A DNA stretch of 64,000 nt from Selaginella moellendorffii. Its lineage: Eukaryota; Plantae; Lycopodiophyta. Where the stretch lies: the NCBI RefSeq assembly GCF_000143415.4, contig NW_003314269.1, forward strand, positions 1,433,544-1,497,543, written 5' to 3'. The notes beneath the pieces were generated by a model, which saw nothing but the letters and a program-made list of their open reading frames with translations, was not told the DNA's origin and did no database searches. Shown piece after piece: positions 62,130-64,000 of this stretch. Made by a program: the position numbers and the translations under genes. How positions within the stretch are numbered: the first letter of the stretch is position 1; every line of letters begins with the position of its first letter.

Positions 62130-64000
62130 ATGGAGACGCAGCAGCTCCTGGATGCCCTGACGGATCATATGGCCGTCTATCACTGCCGGAAGAGGCAGCT
62201 AGAGCGGCAGCAATCTTCGTCTTCCGGTAAGAGTGATAGGCACAGGGTCGTGGAATGGCTCGCTCGATTGAGCGTTAAAGAGCGGCAGATTGCTTGCACG
62301 ATCGTGGACGAAGCGTGGGTGGCCTTACTCCTCCAAATGCAGAAGGCTTTGGAGTCGGAGGGCCCCGGATTCTTCTTCGTGCTCCCGGATTTTCCTTCGG
62401 CCGCCAAAGATCGGCAGCAAAATGCGAACTTGTCCAAAAGTTCTCCTCCACTTCCGGGGCTGTGCTTCCGGAAAGCCAGGGGTCTTCTTAAGAGACAGAG
62501 CTCTAACGGGGAGCTTCTCGCTACGAGCTTGCGACTCTACAGCTCCCGCGTCGGGGAAGCTTGCAAGGATTTAGCTGAGAGTAGAAGGCTATCGTCGCTG
62601 GATAGCGTGACGGTGAGCTACGAGCTTCTCGAGAATGTGGAGCGGCTGGTGGGAGTTATGGACGAGATCTCTTACGGGGAGTTTCTAGCGACGCAGTGTT
62701 TGTCGGGTGGTTCTCCGTGGGAAGAAACTCCATGGCTCAAACGCGTGGGATACTACAGCCTGTCAGCCTTCGTCGCGAACAAGCTGGAGATCTCGCTATG
62801 GTCGGCCTGGATCACTGCTCTTGGGACCAAGCAGCCATCCAAGTCGCTTTCCCGGTCCCTTGCGCGTTGTGCGTTTGAGACGACCACCACTTCTTCGAAA
62901 GTTTGTACCAGGAGACAAGGATTTGAGCAGTGGTGGAGCACTCTTGACGCGAACGACAGGCGAAAAGCTTGCGATTTTGCGCTTGCCAAGCTCTCCACCG
63001 ACGAGGTAGGAATTTTCGTGTGGTTCTTATCATAACTTTGTAAGACGCCCAGGCGCTCATGGTCCAAGAGCAAAGAAGTTTGCGACTTCCGGATGGTGGT
63101 ACTGTATGCGACAAACAATTCGGAAGGCTCTGCTCAGGCATCCAGTTTTTAAACGACTTGAGATGGACTCTGAGCGAGCGAGTTGTTTACTCGTCTCTTC
63201 ACGAAGCTCACAGTCACTCGGAGTTGGCTCTTCAAGTTTTGAGAAACACACTGATGAAGGTGATGAAGGATTATATGGAGTACGATCTTCTTGACCATGG
63301 GAACAAAGGCGTTCCTAGGGAAAACTCAGTAGCCAAGAAGATTCAGGTCAAAGCTCGAAAGAGTAAAAGCAAGAAGCAGAAGAAAAACGTGACTGCTACT
63401 CACAGAAGCGATCCCGTTGAAGACGAGAGCGCACAGCCGGACAATATGGTACAGCACGATGGCTTTTCTGAAAGAAAATTTGATCGTGAAACTTCTACTG
63501 GCAGGATCGGATCGGAGAAACTGCAAAAGACATGGCCGCACTCCATGTCAGTGAACAGTGCCAAGACTCTGGCTGGGTTCCGGGAAAAAGGAAGAAGAGA
63601 AACAAGAAAGTCAAGCATGACGCTGCAGAAACATCAGGAAAACAGACGTGTATTCCTTCTGGAGCGAAGAACACGGAAAAAGCTCAAGGTGTGGAAAACT
63701 TCTTGAGCAAAGCTAGCAGTGAAGAGGAAAGCTCTACTATTGCTGCTACAGAAGGGGTGACGACAGTAGACATGGCAAAACAGGAGCTTGAGCCGACGAC
63801 GGAGCGTTCAAGCCAACACCAGAGTGTTCCTTTCCACCTGAAGAACAACCAGGCATATCATCCGCCACCGCCCGTCATGTCTTCCTCGCACGAGTGGCCT
63901 GGAGCACCACAAAGTCGCTTCTCAGATTCGTGCGGTCGACCACTAGCCACTGAGTGGCTACATTTGGACGTGAACAGAGACTGGCACCGCTCCAAGCCAC
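62130..64000 (+). CDS. N-terminal part of a MEE44-like nucleotidyltransferase-family protein; continues beyond the window
   Basis: TQQLLDALTDHMAVYH, LLLQM..GFFFVLPDFP, LPGLCFRKARGLL, GYYSLSAFVANKLE, SHEWP..LHLDV; intron 63449-63504 restores the frame. Confidence 0.75.

Noticed and set aside
1-64000. tRNA, rRNA or prokaryotic defence systems
   Set aside because: None recognisable; the only tRNA-related sequences are retroelement primer-binding sites.

Overview
This is eukaryotic, land-plant genomic DNA. Very short introns (about 41-70 nt), tight gene spacing and the gene content suggest a compact non-seed-plant genome such as the lycophyte Selaginella (inference, not verified). The window has three zones. 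(1) 1-25.6 kb is gene-dense and GC-rich: Tic22, an ELM2/SANT (ARID1/2-like) protein, a phosphoglycerate-mutase-like protein, a papain/granulin protein lacking its catalytic residues, an OBERON-like PHD protein, a ~4.3 kb tandem duplication (ZIFL MFS transporter + HSP20 + ITPase 3' end), a group-E bZIP, a SKU5-like oxidase and a DOT1-like methyltransferase. (2) ~25.8-58.9 kb is an AT-rich transposon/pseudogene island. It holds a full-length Ty3/gypsy element with a clear -1 frameshift signal, a truncated second gypsy, hAT, copia and LTR relics, an RNA polymerase III subunit-2 fragment, a Crinkler-like NTPase/REase pseudogene, periodic repeats, hairpins and a 100-N gap. (3) 59-64 kb is gene-dense again: an intronless glutathione reductase, an EXPA7-clade expansin with a root hair element, and a MEE44-like nucleotidyltransferase running off the window. 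The most notable items are the DOT1-like gene, the pseudo-protease, the frameshift pseudoknot, the Crinkler-like relic and the intronless GR. All family calls come from motif recognition by eye; no searches were run.
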